Below, piece after piece: positions 40,354 to 50,925 of a stretch of DNA of 64,000 bases. The first letter of the stretch is position 1; each line of letters opens with the position of its first letter. The notes under the pieces are model-generated. The model searched no databases, was not told where the DNA came from, and worked only from the letters and a program-made list of their open reading frames with translations. The position numbers were made by a program, and so were the translations under genes. Source of the stretch: a virus. Location of the stretch: the IMG/VR virus record IMGVR_UViG_3300042987_002978, positions 1-64,000 of that record, one strand, 5' to 3'.

Positions 40354-43300
40354 TCACCCGAACAATCCGCTGTTTGCCAGGACCTTCATGCGGCGAGTGA
40401 TTGAGTCTTCTGCTGCTTCTGGGACCGGGTTGTTCACTGTTACAACAATATTATTGGGAGCAGATGTCGTGCTGGCACCCTGTGTCACTTCACGGGTACG
40501 GGTATATCTGTCCATGGCTGAATTCGTAACTATAGTGCCGCTTACCTTTGGCACGAATATTTCAGGTCCGCGTTCTCCAACAAGATACGGAGTTTCCTGT
40601 TTTACTGGTCCACCGACAGCCATTCCCTTGATTCGACGTGATGCAAGATATGTTGAGTACTGACTTTGTGCAATTACAGCCATTGCATTCACGTATTCTG
40701 CGCTTTGTTGAACGCCGACAATTGAGCCATACCTAGTTGCTGCAGCACCGTAAAGTGATTTCAAGGTCTCAGTGTTGAGGTTTGATTTGTTCTTTGCAAA
40801 CCACGAATCATAGTCAAGAGTCCCAAGTTGGTAATCACCAAGTCCTGGCACTGTTGCTCCAGGACCCTTGCCTCCACTGCTTGTGACCGTGGCATTGACG
40901 CTTACATTCAGACGCAACGGCGATTTATCAAGCGCATCTTGTGCGGCCGTTTGAATAGCCTTGAAAATTGTCGGTCCTAGCGACTTTAGATTTTGATACA
41001 TCTCGCTTTTTTCATCGAGAAGACCTTTTGACAAATCAGTGAAGTTTGCACCGATTGAGGCGGTCAAGGCGCTGACACTTCCACCTGTTTTGACGATGTT
41101 GGCAAATACTCCATCCGGACCATAAAGATTTTGGTCGAACAGTCCTTTTGTCGTTGTTATGTTATTGCCGAGCGTCGAGACGTATCCACCGACTGTTGAT
41201 GTGTACCCACCAAGGCCTTTAACACTTTCGCCAAGATTGAACAAATCACTGTTGCCGACTTGAAGTTTTCCGCTCGCTATCCCGGTAGCAGCAGCAAGGT
41301 CGTTATAAACCTTTCCAAGTTCCGCGTGATTTATGTAAAGAAGAGCAGCGGCTTCTTGCACGTCTTGATATGCGCTAAGAATGTTCACCGTTGCGCCGGC
41401 AAGATTCAACTGTTTGTTTTCTAGTTCTACAGTTGCGTCTATAAATCCGTTTTGCGCACCGAGAACATCATCGCTCACTTCTGATGCTGCAGCCCTTGCT
41501 TCGTAAAGGGCGATTTCTGCATCGACAAGTTCCGTGTAGGACAGGCGGCCCATTGCATAATCACGCGACGCGCGCTCGAACTCAATTTGTAATTGGTCAA
41601 TTCTGGATTGTTCATATCCAGTGACCTCTGCTCCGCCACCCATCCCGTAGCGGGTCTCTGCATATTGCTGTTCGCGAGCGGCTTTCTTCCGTCGAGACTC
41701 AAGACCGCGTTGCATGTTTATCAATTTGGCAAGGTCTGTTTGTGCTTTGCGAAAATCTAGTTGTGACCTGATGTAATCACCAAGCGAGCCAATGATGTCT
41801 TTCATCCGACCAATGGTTTCTTTAACAAAATCCGCTGCCGGAGTCTCCACATCTCCCTTCTTCTCCAAGAAGTCTTTGTAGAACTTGTTTGCACCCTTTC
41901 GCCCACCTGATTTGTATGCCTTATTAACTGCTTCCGCAAGTGACTTTTCAATCGCCCTGCCTGAACGACCGCCCATTTCGTCTTTGAAACCCTTTGCAAA
42001 ACCTTGCGCAGTGGGAACACCGACTTCCTTTGCCATGACTGCCGACGGGCTCTTGATTCCAAGGCGAATCTTGAGGCGAGCAATGACATCGTTGCCCAAA
42101 GCGTCAATGGCCTTGCTTACTGCTGGTCGACCGTTTTCTATACCGCGTGACATTCCGTCGGTCAGCGCAGTTCCAATCAATTCTGCTTTTGTGCCAGCAA
42201 CATCTTCCGTGTCTTGCGCTCCGAGAAGTGTGTCAAGCATTTGCGGACCAAAATTATGGAGTTCAAAGAATGCCATGATGTCTTCTTCTTTGAGGCCTGC
42301 GGCGATTCCGGTTCCCAATATTTGCGTCATTCCTTGACCAAGTGCAGCCGCAGCACCCTCTTCATCCATTTGGGCTGCATAAGTATTTACAACTTCAAGA
42401 ACGGCGTCCATTGAGTCAAGGAGGGCGGCTTTTGCCTTGTCCGCCGCTTCCGTTCCGGCAAAAAGGTCTCCACCGGCACTCTTTGCATCATCTCCAAGGT
42501 CTCGTATTGAGGAACGGTAATCGATTTGCGCTTCGGTCATGTCCCTTGCAAGACCCATGAGCGCTTCTTGCCCGCGCTGGAATTCTTTTATTGCGTTTGT
42601 CGCGGCATCGTATTCAGTGACGAGGTCGCGAATACTCAGGGCATAACCTTGCGAGAACCTGTCTTCTAGCCCAGATATGACAGTGTCAAGAGTTTGATGC
42701 TGTGTGGTTACGCCTTTTGCGCTTGCCTTGAATTCATCATAAACTTTGCGGAAGCGAGTGAATGCCTCCGTGTTTCCACGGGCATTTGTCTCGACCCCCT
42801 TCATCGCGTCTTGTAACTTCTTATAAACCGCCTGTACCTCAGTGTTGTCTGTTACGCCAAACGTATTCTTGATGAAGTCTTCAGCCGCAGATTTGTTTTT
42901 ATCCGAAAACTGCTCATTGAATATATTGGCGAGGTTTCCAGTTGAGTCTCCGACAAGGTCAAATTTGTCTTTAAGGCCAGTAAGTGCAGAACCGACGATG
43001 TCCGAAATGGCCATAGATTGGTCGTGTGCTTTCACTCCAGCCTTTGTCCATGCGTCCTGGAATTTGCTGATTGTCTCTACCAGGGGGTTAAGTTGTCCTG
43101 TGTCTTGGATGCCTTGCGTAAATGCCTTTCCGTATTCAACTGCCGCATCGTAATATCCAGAGACGTCAGTCCCCTTGGCGAACGCCGCTGCCTGTTCTTC
43201 AAGTGAGCCAAAAGGATTGAAAATGTTTGCAAAGTCAGTGCCACGAGATGCATCTTCTGCCGCGACGCTGGCAACTTGAATCAAGCCGTCTGTCAACGTG

Positions 43301-45288
43301 TCACCGGTACGATTCTTGACTGCTCCGGCAGTTACTTGTTGAGGTGTGAGTTTAAGTGTGTCGGTGAAAAAGTTGACAAAGTTGTCTTTCAGTTCTTGTG
43401 TGTTGCCGCCTAAACTCGTCGCTGCCAATCCGCGCACGTATGCCGCTGCGTATTCTTTGCCTTGCGTGTCCGCAATTTTCTTAATTGTTGCGATTAGGCC
43501 AGGAGAGGATTCTTCAAGTTCTTTTTCTAACTGAGCGTTTATGTCTTCGCGTTTTGACGTTGTAAAGTCGACCTGAATATCGAATATGATTCCAGTACGT
43601 CCAAATTTTGCGGTTTCATTCAATAATTCTTTGACTTTTGTTACTCCATCAGACACGCTTTCAAGCGCATCGGAGCCATCGTTTTTGAACTTATTGAACA
43701 CCCACTTGAAGGCCATGAAGCCAAGGTATAAAGCAGTTATTCCCATCATTATCGGGCCCATAACAGACATCAGCGTGCCCATCGCTGTTGTCAAATAATA
43801 AACTGAGGTTCCGGCAATCCTTACGGTAGAGGCCAAAAATCCAGTAGCGGTTGTCCATGTTCCTGTCGCTGCCGCTGCCGTTCCGGTTGCGCCGGCAGCA
43901 GTTGAAGTTGCGGCTGTATATTTCAACACCTCACCAGTGGCTGCGTTGTACTGGAATTGTTGACCGAACAACATCATGTTTGTCTGCGCGCCAAGACGAA
44001 CGAATGCCGACATTGTTTTCATCACCATCGCAAGAGCAGATGTCATTATCACCAAACCAGTGACGACGTATGTCAACACCTTGCCAACGCCACTGCCAAA
44101 CACCTTTGAGAATCCCTTGGCTATCATTGTCCCTGCTTTGAGAAAAACCTGAACAACTGGCTTTAGCGCGTCGCCAAGTTGAATCAAAGCAGCCTGTTGT
44201 TCCGCAAGCGCTCTGTTGAAATCGGCATCTATCGTTTCTTGATATGTCTTAAAGGCGTAGTCAAGGTCGCCTGTCGATGCGGCCATTCGCTCAAAAATCT
44301 TTTCATTTTCTTCTGCTGCCGGACCGACAAGTGACAAAACTGCGGTGAGCGCTCGGACGTTACCGAAGACTTTCGTAAAGTCTCCTGCTTGTTCAATTCC
44401 TCCGATTGCGTCGCGTAATTCAATGAGTGCAGCAAACAGACCTTTTTCGCGGACATTTTGTCTGATTTCGTCAGCGCTTGTTCCGACGCCCTTTAAGACT
44501 TCTTGTGCCTGTTTTGACGGTTTTAGCAACTGCGACAAAGTTTGACGAACATAAATTGCCGCAGTACCTGCCGACAAACCGCCTCTTGATAGGGCGGCAA
44601 TGGCGGCTGATACGTCTTCAAATGATGCACCATATGCTGCCGCCACTGGCAACACTTTGCCCAGAGCAGGAGCGAATGTATCGGCTTCCGCTTTACCTTC
44701 TCGCACCGTTGCCACAAGCACGTCTGTCGCTCTCGCAGCAGACATATTTGCGACTCCGTAGGCGTTCATGGTCGACGTGACTGCATCGGCAACCGTGTTG
44801 GTAGTACCGAGGCCTGCTGCGGCAGCCTTTGCCGAAGACTCAAGAACTTCTAGGGCGATGTTTGCATCTTTGATACCGGCTGATGTGATGTAGTAAAGAG
44901 CATCAGCAAGTTCAATCGGTGCCCTGGTAGTTTCTCCCGCCAAGGAAAGAACCTTTTTCTTCATCAGGTCCAATGAGTCGCCAGTTACTACCACCAATCC
45001 CTTGATGCGATTGAACGAAAGTTCGAATTGGCGAGACATCTGAATCGCTTGCTTGCCAGCATTCACAAATACGCCGACGACCGTATATTTGATGAGTGAT
45101 GCGGTCATTCGCATTGCGTCGCCGAGAGTTCGTGCGCTTATCGTGCCAACGCCCAACCCTTTTGCCATACCACCAGAAGCAGCAGTAACTGCGCCCATGC
45201 TGCGGGCTGCAGTCGTAGCACCAGTGGTTGTGATGCGAACTTGGATGTTTAGCGGCGGCATTCCGCCTGTTCCTGCTGCTGCTGGCAT
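40354..45288 (-). CDS. tape measure protein (TP901-type)
   Basis: 1644 aa, Ala-rich; ELADALYYITSAG; C-terminal GGPV...YLVGERGPEIFVP. Confidence 0.95.
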   Translation of the reverse strand: MPAAAGTGGMPPLNIQVRITTTGATTAARSMGAVTAASGGMAKGLGVGTISARTLGDAMRMTASLIKYTVVGVFVNAGKQAIQMSRQFELSFNRIKGLVVVTGDSLDLMKKKVLSLAGETTRAPIELADALYYITSAGIKDANIALEVLESSAKAAAAGLGTTNTVADAVTSTMNAYGVANMSAARATDVLVATVREGKAEADTFAPALGKVLPVAAAYGASFEDVSAAIAALSRGGLSAGTAAIYVRQTLSQLLKPSKQAQEVLKGVGTSADEIRQNVREKGLFAALIELRDAIGGIEQAGDFTKVFGNVRALTAVLSLVGPAAEENEKIFERMAASTGDLDYAFKTYQETIDADFNRALAEQQAALIQLGDALKPVVQVFLKAGTMIAKGFSKVFGSGVGKVLTYVVTGLVIMTSALAMVMKTMSAFVRLGAQTNMMLFGQQFQYNAATGEVLKYTAATSTAAGATGTAAAATGTWTTATGFLASTVRIAGTSVYYLTTAMGTLMSVMGPIMMGITALYLGFMAFKWVFNKFKNDGSDALESVSDGVTKVKELLNETAKFGRTGIIFDIQVDFTTSKREDINAQLEKELEESSPGLIATIKKIADTQGKEYAAAYVRGLAATSLGGNTQELKDNFVNFFTDTLKLTPQQVTAGAVKNRTGDTLTDGLIQVASVAAEDASRGTDFANIFNPFGSLEEQAAAFAKGTDVSGYYDAAVEYGKAFTQGIQDTGQLNPLVETISKFQDAWTKAGVKAHDQSMAISDIVGSALTGLKDKFDLVGDSTGNLANIFNEQFSDKNKSAAEDFIKNTFGVTDNTEVQAVYKKLQDAMKGVETNARGNTEAFTRFRKVYDEFKASAKGVTTQHQTLDTVISGLEDRFSQGYALSIRDLVTEYDAATNAIKEFQRGQEALMGLARDMTEAQIDYRSSIRDLGDDAKSAGGDLFAGTEAADKAKAALLDSMDAVLEVVNTYAAQMDEEGAAAALGQGMTQILGTGIAAGLKEEDIMAFFELHNFGPQMLDTLLGAQDTEDVAGTKAELIGTALTDGMSRGIENGRPAVSKAIDALGNDVIARLKIRLGIKSPSAVMAKEVGVPTAQGFAKGFKDEMGGRSGRAIEKSLAEAVNKAYKSGGRKGANKFYKDFLEKKGDVETPAADFVKETIGRMKDIIGSLGDYIRSQLDFRKAQTDLAKLINMQRGLESRRKKAAREQQYAETRYGMGGGAEVTGYEQSRIDQLQIEFERASRDYAMGRLSYTELVDAEIALYEARAAASEVSDDVLGAQNGFIDATVELENKQLNLAGATVNILSAYQDVQEAAALLYINHAELGKVYNDLAAATGIASGKLQVGNSDLFNLGESVKGLGGYTSTVGGYVSTLGNNITTTKGLFDQNLYGPDGVFANIVKTGGSVSALTASIGANFTDLSKGLLDEKSEMYQNLKSLGPTIFKAIQTAAQDALDKSPLRLNVSVNATVTSSGGKGPGATVPGLGDYQLGTLDYDSWFAKNKSNLNTETLKSLYGAAATRYGSIVGVQQSAEYVNAMAVIAQSQYSTYLASRRIKGMAVGGPVKQETPYLVGERGPEIFVPKVSGTIVTNSAMDRYTRTREVTQGASTTSAPNNIVVTVNNPVPEAAEDSITRRMKVLANSGLFG

Positions 45289-45452
45289 GCAAATATTTTC
45301 TCATAAGCATGTCAAATTCGCAAACGGCTAAAAGCCGGTCTATTTGTTTACTGCCATTCCCATCTGGGCAGCAAAAGCCATCAATTGTTCTGCACCAGCC
45401 CGTTTCTTCATCCAGCCACGAGCCTCGAACATTATCGCTGTTTGTGCGGGGC

Positions 45453-45986
45453 TCAGTTCCCAGAATTCTTGGAGCGGGCGGCCCGTTTGACACCAGAGTC
45501 CGAGCCACTGGTGCCATTGTCCTGTGCTGGAGGCATTATCTGTTCCAGGTTTTCCAGGAGTTTTTCTTTGTTTTCTTCGGCGAGCGCGAGCGCCTGCTTT
45601 AGCATCCGGCTCGCCGCGATAGGGTCCACGCCGTTGGCAATCGACCATGCCGTCCCCACAACGTTCGAATAGGTGATGATTTCTCCGTCAAGCATTGCTT
45701 CGCCGACATCGTGAAGCGGCCTACGCAAAACGAACGCCAATGTCTGGCGCATCGTGTTATAGGGCTTTTTCTCAAGTTGTTCTTGCCATGACTCAAGGCC
45801 ACCAAAATATTCCTCAATGTCAGAAATCGAATTGTTATTGAAACGAATGAAAAGGGTCTCTGTAACGACCTCTTCTTTCTCGTCGAGCACTCGTGCCCAA
45901 TCCGATTCACCCGCACCAGTTTTTTGCGTCTTGGCAAATTGGCACGGAATTCCCTTGTTCTTTAGCACTGTAGGTGTATAGTCCAT
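45453..45986 (-). CDS. tail assembly chaperone (probable -1 frameshift extension to 45340)
   Basis: between the major tail protein and tape measure; overlapping -1 frame encodes FWELSPAQ. Confidence 0.75.
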   Translation of the reverse strand: MDYTPTVLKNKGIPCQFAKTQKTGAGESDWARVLDEKEEVVTETLFIRFNNNSISDIEEYFGGLESWQEQLEKKPYNTMRQTLAFVLRRPLHDVGEAMLDGEIITYSNVVGTAWSIANGVDPIAASRMLKQALALAEENKEKLLENLEQIMPPAQDNGTSGSDSGVKRAARSKNSGN

Positions 45987-46022
45987 GCAGCCAGCATACA
46001 CACGGACCTAGATACGCGCAAA

Positions 46023-46061
46023 CGCCAGCCTTGGGGCCACACACAACCCCAAGACTGGCGA
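46023..46061 (-). terminator. hairpin downstream of the major tail gene
   Basis: CGCCAG-CCTTGGGG...CCCCAAG-A-CTGGCG. Confidence 0.5.
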
Positions 46062-46084
46062 GCGCCAGCAGAACTATTTAGTTA

Positions 46085-46642
46085 TTAGGCGGAAAGCCCA
46101 GTCGCCGCTTCGCGCAGCGTGATGGTGCCGAATCCGAGACCGCTCGCGATGGGGAGGATGGCCTCCGCGTCGAACGACGGTGTCGAGAAGTTGTCGGTCG
46201 AACCCGACATCAGCGTGCCACCAGTAATCTGGCACTTGTTGAGGACGAACACCATTTCGGCGAGGTCGCTCTCCAAGTCGTTCACCAGCACTTCAATCTT
46301 GAAGTACGGGAGGCTGTCACCGTCGAACTCGTACGAGGCGGCCTCAGCCGAGCCAGAGCCCGACGTGCCGACCGAACCACCGAACAACGTCGCAAGGACG
46401 CCGAGGCTGAGTTCGCTGTAGGTGGCCGAGAAGTTCAGACGGTCGACTTTGCCTTTCTTGGCAAGAACCTTTCCGTCACCCTTCAACTCGACGCTGATGA
46501 AGTTCGGCTCAACCGAAACTTCCTGAATGCCGGGGACATCGACGGCCGCGCCGTAAGTGATGCCACCAGTTGCATCTGCAGTGACGGGGTAGACCTTGCA
46601 GTCATGAACGTCAAATGAGATTGTGGATGTTGATGCAGCCAT
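46085..46642 (-). CDS. major tail protein
   Basis: phi13-like major tail pattern (YG.AVDVPGI, ELKGD, PYF); position. Confidence 0.8.
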   Translation of the reverse strand: MAASTSTISFDVHDCKVYPVTADATGGITYGAAVDVPGIQEVSVEPNFISVELKGDGKVLAKKGKVDRLNFSATYSELSLGVLATLFGGSVGTSGSGSAEAASYEFDGDSLPYFKIEVLVNDLESDLAEMVFVLNKCQITGGTLMSGSTDNFSTPSFDAEAILPIASGLGFGTITLREAATGLSA

Positions 46643-46731
46643 TGTTATGACTCCTTTTTTTGCTCTGCTAGTCGTGTCGTTTCCGACACGGTTGAAGTCT
46701 CACACGTTTGTGTGTATAGACGAAGTATTCT

Positions 46732-47613
46732 CTACGGATTTATCTTCGCCCACGTCTTGTGGTTGACGATTCCCGTTGCTTCGAGTCCAACTTTTGTTTG
46801 GAACTCTTTCACTGCCGCCTGTGTCTTCGGACCGAAATCTCCGTCAGTGGCGCACTTGACTCCTGCTTTATTGAGAAGTTCTTGCAATGTGCGAACTGCA
46901 CCTCCCTTTGAGCCGAGTTGAAGAACCGGATTTGTGGCAGCATTCGCTTTGCCGCGCTTGACGGCGGCATCGGCATTTCCTGCCGGAGCAGCGGGAGCAG
47001 CCGGAGCAGCGGCTTTCGGCGCTTCTGGTGCTGGCGTTGGAGCGGGAGCGGGTGCGGCCGCTTGACCCGGAGCACATGCCTCTGTCGGATTGGCATCCAT
47101 CCAAGCCTTCACGGCTTCCGGAACGTTGTCACCTTCCGTATAACGAATGTGCCATGGTTCCTCTGGGACCACTTCCCAACTCCACCCGAACTTTGCGCAG
47201 TTGGCAATCATCCACTGCAAACGCGCACCACTTGCGGTATGAACATCACAGGCCAAACCGCTGTTGTGCTGCGATGTGCCCGGTGCAGCCAAGGGAGCCA
47301 TCCCTTTCTTGAGCCAGTATTTCTTGCCCTCAAAGGTACGAGTCGACTGACCTGGGATTTCATGGTCAACATAGCGTTGATTGAAAGCCGTCAATTGGGC
47401 ATCGTAGGAGCGGTACAGGTCACCTGCCGAAGTCGGCTTGAGTTCAACACCTTCAGCAGCCGCAGCGGCCTTCATGGCTTTCCAAGCATTTGCCGCGCGC
47501 CAGTGGAGTTTGCCGCCATCGACTTTGGCGAGGATGGCTTCCGGCAAACGACCCGGCTTGTGGCCTGCGACGTCAGCGGGCGGGGTGACTTTCTTGATGT
47601 ACAGTTCCGACAT
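46732..47613 (-). CDS. endolysin: M15 peptidase + peptidoglycan-binding domain
   Basis: YRSY..Q, APGTSQHNSGLACD, EPWH; GSKG..V..LQ..L...DGDFGPKT..AVKEFQ. Confidence 0.9.
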   Translation of the reverse strand: MSELYIKKVTPPADVAGHKPGRLPEAILAKVDGGKLHWRAANAWKAMKAAAAAEGVELKPTSAGDLYRSYDAQLTAFNQRYVDHEIPGQSTRTFEGKKYWLKKGMAPLAAPGTSQHNSGLACDVHTASGARLQWMIANCAKFGWSWEVVPEEPWHIRYTEGDNVPEAVKAWMDANPTEACAPGQAAAPAPAPTPAPEAPKAAAPAAPAAPAGNADAAVKRGKANAATNPVLQLGSKGGAVRTLQELLNKAGVKCATDGDFGPKTQAAVKEFQTKVGLEATGIVNHKTWAKINP

Positions 47614-47622
47614 TGCTATCTC

Positions 47623-47871
47623 CTAAGCGTGTGGGGGGTTGTCTTGTTCGACTTTGCTGAATACCTGGTTCACTTCTTCTTCCGACAACTTTCCGTCAGT
47701 GAGGAATGCACGTGCCAATCCTTCAAGCACATTCGCCACGCCGCCGATTCCGGCCATAAACACGGCCTTTTCCATCGACACGCCAGCAATGGTGCCGGCG
47801 CCAATGACGCCAAGACCAGTCACGATGAAGGTCGCGAAGATTCTCAGGATTACGTTTTTGATGAGTTCCAT
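47623..47871 (-). CDS. putative holin
   Basis: two TM segments next to the endolysin. Confidence 0.6.
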   Translation of the reverse strand: MELIKNVILRIFATFIVTGLGVIGAGTIAGVSMEKAVFMAGIGGVANVLEGLARAFLTDGKLSEEEVNQVFSKVEQDNPPHA

Positions 47872-47941
47872 GTTCTGTCAGCCAGATTGTGCGCCCGGCG
47901 GAGTGTTTACGCACCGGGCGCACACTCCGAGGTAGCGATAC

Positions 47942-48166
47942 CTACTTCTTGGCCTTCTCCTTTGTAGTTTCAGGTTTCTTCGCGAGGAACGATGCGACGG
48001 AAGGGTCGCCGACCTTCGTGCTTGCCAACGCAAGTGCGTAGGCAGCGAGCGGCATCAAGAGAGCAGTAAGTGTCGGGTCAACGTTGTACTTATCGCACAG
48101 ATAGACGACGACGCCGAGCGCTCCGCCTTTGACGACCTGGTCAAAACTCTGGCTCTTCTTGTCCAT
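47942..48166 (-). CDS. putative holin / membrane protein
   Basis: hydrophobic segments, KVGDPSVASFL. Confidence 0.5.
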   Translation of the reverse strand: MDKKSQSFDQVVKGGALGVVVYLCDKYNVDPTLTALLMPLAAYALALASTKVGDPSVASFLAKKPETTKEKAKK

Positions 48167-48240
48167 GGATTGCTCCTTTGTTGAGGGCCACATCGGCCGC
48201 TTACAGTCTCAACGAAGGATGCGTATAGTCGGACTATGGT

Positions 48241-50430
48241 CTAGTCGCTTTTCTTCTCCATCAATCTCTTCATCAAATCCTTGACAAGTGACTGCTGCTC
48301 GATTTCGTCGCCTTCGGTCACTGCGTCGACGACGGAACGCTTCGCGTCGACCAAATCGTAAATGTCTTCGTCAATTGTTCCGGAGGCAAGCAAGTACCAG
48401 GCCTGCACATTGTTCTTTTGTCCGATTCTGTGGCAACGGTCTTCTGCCTGGTCGTGCTCGCCGGGAGTCCAACCCATCTGGACGAAGACAACGTCGGAGC
48501 CTGCCGTCAATGTGATACCTACTCCACCAGCCTGAAGGTTGAGGACGATGACTCTTGCGGAAGGGTCAGTCTGGAATGCATCGACCGCTGCCTGTCTTTC
48601 TTCGAGTGAGTCGCGCCCGCTGATTCTCAGATTGCCGTACTTCTCGGCAAGATGGTCGACCACGTCGATGTTGTGGGCAAACACAACAAGTTTGCGGTCA
48701 CACGATTCAAGGAACGAATCAATCCATTCCTCGACTGCGTCCATCTTCGCCCATGCGGCGAGGCGCTTAAGTACTTGGGTTCGCGCCAGATGCTCGCCTG
48801 AGTCTTTTGCCTTGTAGCCGTTCTCTCGCAAGAACAGAACGAGGTCATCTTCTGCCGATGAGTAATCTTTGTAACCTTTTCCGGCCACGTCGAGGTGAAC
48901 GATGTTGCGGCTCTTTTCGGGAAGTTCCTTCAGGACTTCGTCTTTGGTCCTGCGGATGTAGCAGTTCTGCCTGAGTTTGGTATTGAGTTCAATCAGGTTG
49001 CTTGCTCCGCTTGTATCCCAGCCGAATCCGTTGTGGTAGGCGCCTGCATAACGCTTGAGGAACGCCCATTTACCGCCGAAGCGGCCCAGCATCCCCATGA
49101 TTTCCAATTGGCTCACAAGTTCAGACGGGCGATTGGTCACCGGCGTTCCGGACAGCAGTAGAACGCTGCCCGAATTTGGGACCATCTCGGCTATGTCCTT
49201 TGCCGCCTTGGTGCGCTTGGACGAGGCGGTCTTGACATAGTGGGACTCGTCCAGCACCAGCCCGTTGATTCCTAAGTGTTCTATTGCCTCCACGAATTTG
49301 TACAAAATGTCGTAGTTCACTACGTTCACATCGCAAGCAACTATATCCGTCTTGCCGGACACGATATTGACCGTTCGGTGCGGCAGCCACTTGTTTATTT
49401 CTCGCCTCCAGTTCTCCTTGAGCGAGGCGGGACAGACTATGACCGCAGGAAACGCATCGCGCATTTCCAGTGTTGCTATCGCTTCTACGGTCTTGCCAAG
49501 GCCCATTTGGTCAGCGACAAGACACCTTCCGACAGAAGACGCATAGGCGACACCAGCCTTCTGGTACGGCATCAGAGTTCCGGAAAGATTCGGGACATGG
49601 ATGTCGGCGTCGGTTGAAGCCGACTTTTCAAGCAGTTCTGCCTCGCGTTTCGCCGAAGTCAACAGAGTCTTGCGCAGACTCTCCGACATTGAGAATCCGT
49701 ACTTGTCCGCTATCTCCACGACCGACAAGACGGGTGGGGTGGACCAAACCTTTTTCTTTGCGTCCCACAGCCGACCTGGGATGTTCTTGATGTCGGCGAC
49801 AATGTCCGGGTGGTAGGCGAACTCAAAGAGCAGGCGCCCGCTCTTGGACGTTGTTATCTTGCGGTCTTCTATTTGTGTTTGTTGCATTGTTGTGTTCATA
49901 TGGTTGAGTTCTTCCGATGGGACGAATCCGTATTGAGAGACCAGTTTAGCGACTTGTTCGGAACTGGACAAGGGTGCCACCCAAACGAGTGCTTTATTGT
50001 TCCACGAGACTCCGGGTATTTTCCTGATTTCCTCAATCAACTGCTCGTCATATTCGCAGCGCACGACGAACAGTTCCCCGTTGCTCGACACGGTATTCCG
50101 CGCTGCCGCATTTGTCGAAGACACCATTTCGTTGAATCCATGAGTGAAATCATCCGGTCGCATCGGTGCAGGAATCTGGTCGTACTCGATTCCCAGCCCG
50201 GAAAGTTGGGTCTGATACTTGGCGAGCATTTTCCACGCTTCGTAGACGACCACAGAATTCCACTTCGATACCGGGATGAGGGCCAGCATCGTGCCGTACC
50301 GTGCGTCGGCCTTGTTGAATCCGATTCCGTCCGTCGACTCTGCGCCGTCACAAATTCCGGCAAGCGTGCGTATTGCTTTTGCAAGCAGTGACGCGTCGTA
50401 GCCGTCTATTTGTCGGTCAGGTTCGCCCAC
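48241..50430 (-). CDS. SNF2/HARP-like helicase
   Basis: ADQMGLGKT, DESH, LSGTP..NRP, QAEDRCHRIGQ; probable GTG start at 50430. Confidence 0.9.
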   Translation of the reverse strand: MGEPDRQIDGYDASLLAKAIRTLAGICDGAESTDGIGFNKADARYGTMLALIPVSKWNSVVVYEAWKMLAKYQTQLSGLGIEYDQIPAPMRPDDFTHGFNEMVSSTNAAARNTVSSNGELFVVRCEYDEQLIEEIRKIPGVSWNNKALVWVAPLSSSEQVAKLVSQYGFVPSEELNHMNTTMQQTQIEDRKITTSKSGRLLFEFAYHPDIVADIKNIPGRLWDAKKKVWSTPPVLSVVEIADKYGFSMSESLRKTLLTSAKREAELLEKSASTDADIHVPNLSGTLMPYQKAGVAYASSVGRCLVADQMGLGKTVEAIATLEMRDAFPAVIVCPASLKENWRREINKWLPHRTVNIVSGKTDIVACDVNVVNYDILYKFVEAIEHLGINGLVLDESHYVKTASSKRTKAAKDIAEMVPNSGSVLLLSGTPVTNRPSELVSQLEIMGMLGRFGGKWAFLKRYAGAYHNGFGWDTSGASNLIELNTKLRQNCYIRRTKDEVLKELPEKSRNIVHLDVAGKGYKDYSSAEDDLVLFLRENGYKAKDSGEHLARTQVLKRLAAWAKMDAVEEWIDSFLESCDRKLVVFAHNIDVVDHLAEKYGNLRISGRDSLEERQAAVDAFQTDPSARVIVLNLQAGGVGITLTAGSDVVFVQMGWTPGEHDQAEDRCHRIGQKNNVQAWYLLASGTIDEDIYDLVDAKRSVVDAVTEGDEIEQQSLVKDLMKRLMEKKSD

Positions 50431-50876
50431 AGCCTTATGTCGTGCGGTTCGGCGGTGTAATCGCCTTCGAACGATGCCCTTTTGTGCTCGACTATTGCCT
50501 TTACCAAGCGGGCATTTTCCTCCACGACATTGAGCGAATCCATGTTGCTCAAAATCGTCTTGACTTCCGACAGTCGCTTGTTGATGCCGTTGCGATAGCG
50601 CTGAGCCTTGCGCAACCACTCGTCGAACTTGAGTTTCTCTTCCGCGAAATCTTCAGGATTGGTGAGGCCAAGTTCCACGTCTCTGGCGAGCATGTCAATG
50701 CGCGTCTTGTGAAAGACCATCTGTGAATCAGAGTCTGACAAGGCTGTAATTAGCGCATGACACCACGCGAGTCTGTTCTCCTCGTCATGAAGCCAAGCGA
50801 TTTCTTCTGAAGTAGCGTCTCCCTTGCATTCGCGTTTTGCCATGTCAAGGACGTCTTTGTTGGGCAGCATTTTCAC
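50406..50876 (-). CDS. hypothetical coiled-coil protein
   Basis: ORF with RBS GAGG. Confidence 0.7.
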   Translation of the reverse strand: MKMLPNKDVLDMAKRECKGDATSEEIAWLHDEENRLAWCHALITALSDSDSQMVFHKTRIDMLARDVELGLTNPEDFAEEKLKFDEWLRKAQRYRNGINKRLSEVKTILSNMDSLNVVEENARLVKAIVEHKRASFEGDYTAEPHDIRLWANLTDK

Positions 50877-50925
50877 CTCGTTGGGTAGTTGTGTTGTCCG
50901 TCTAGTCTACAGACGAACGGGGTGA

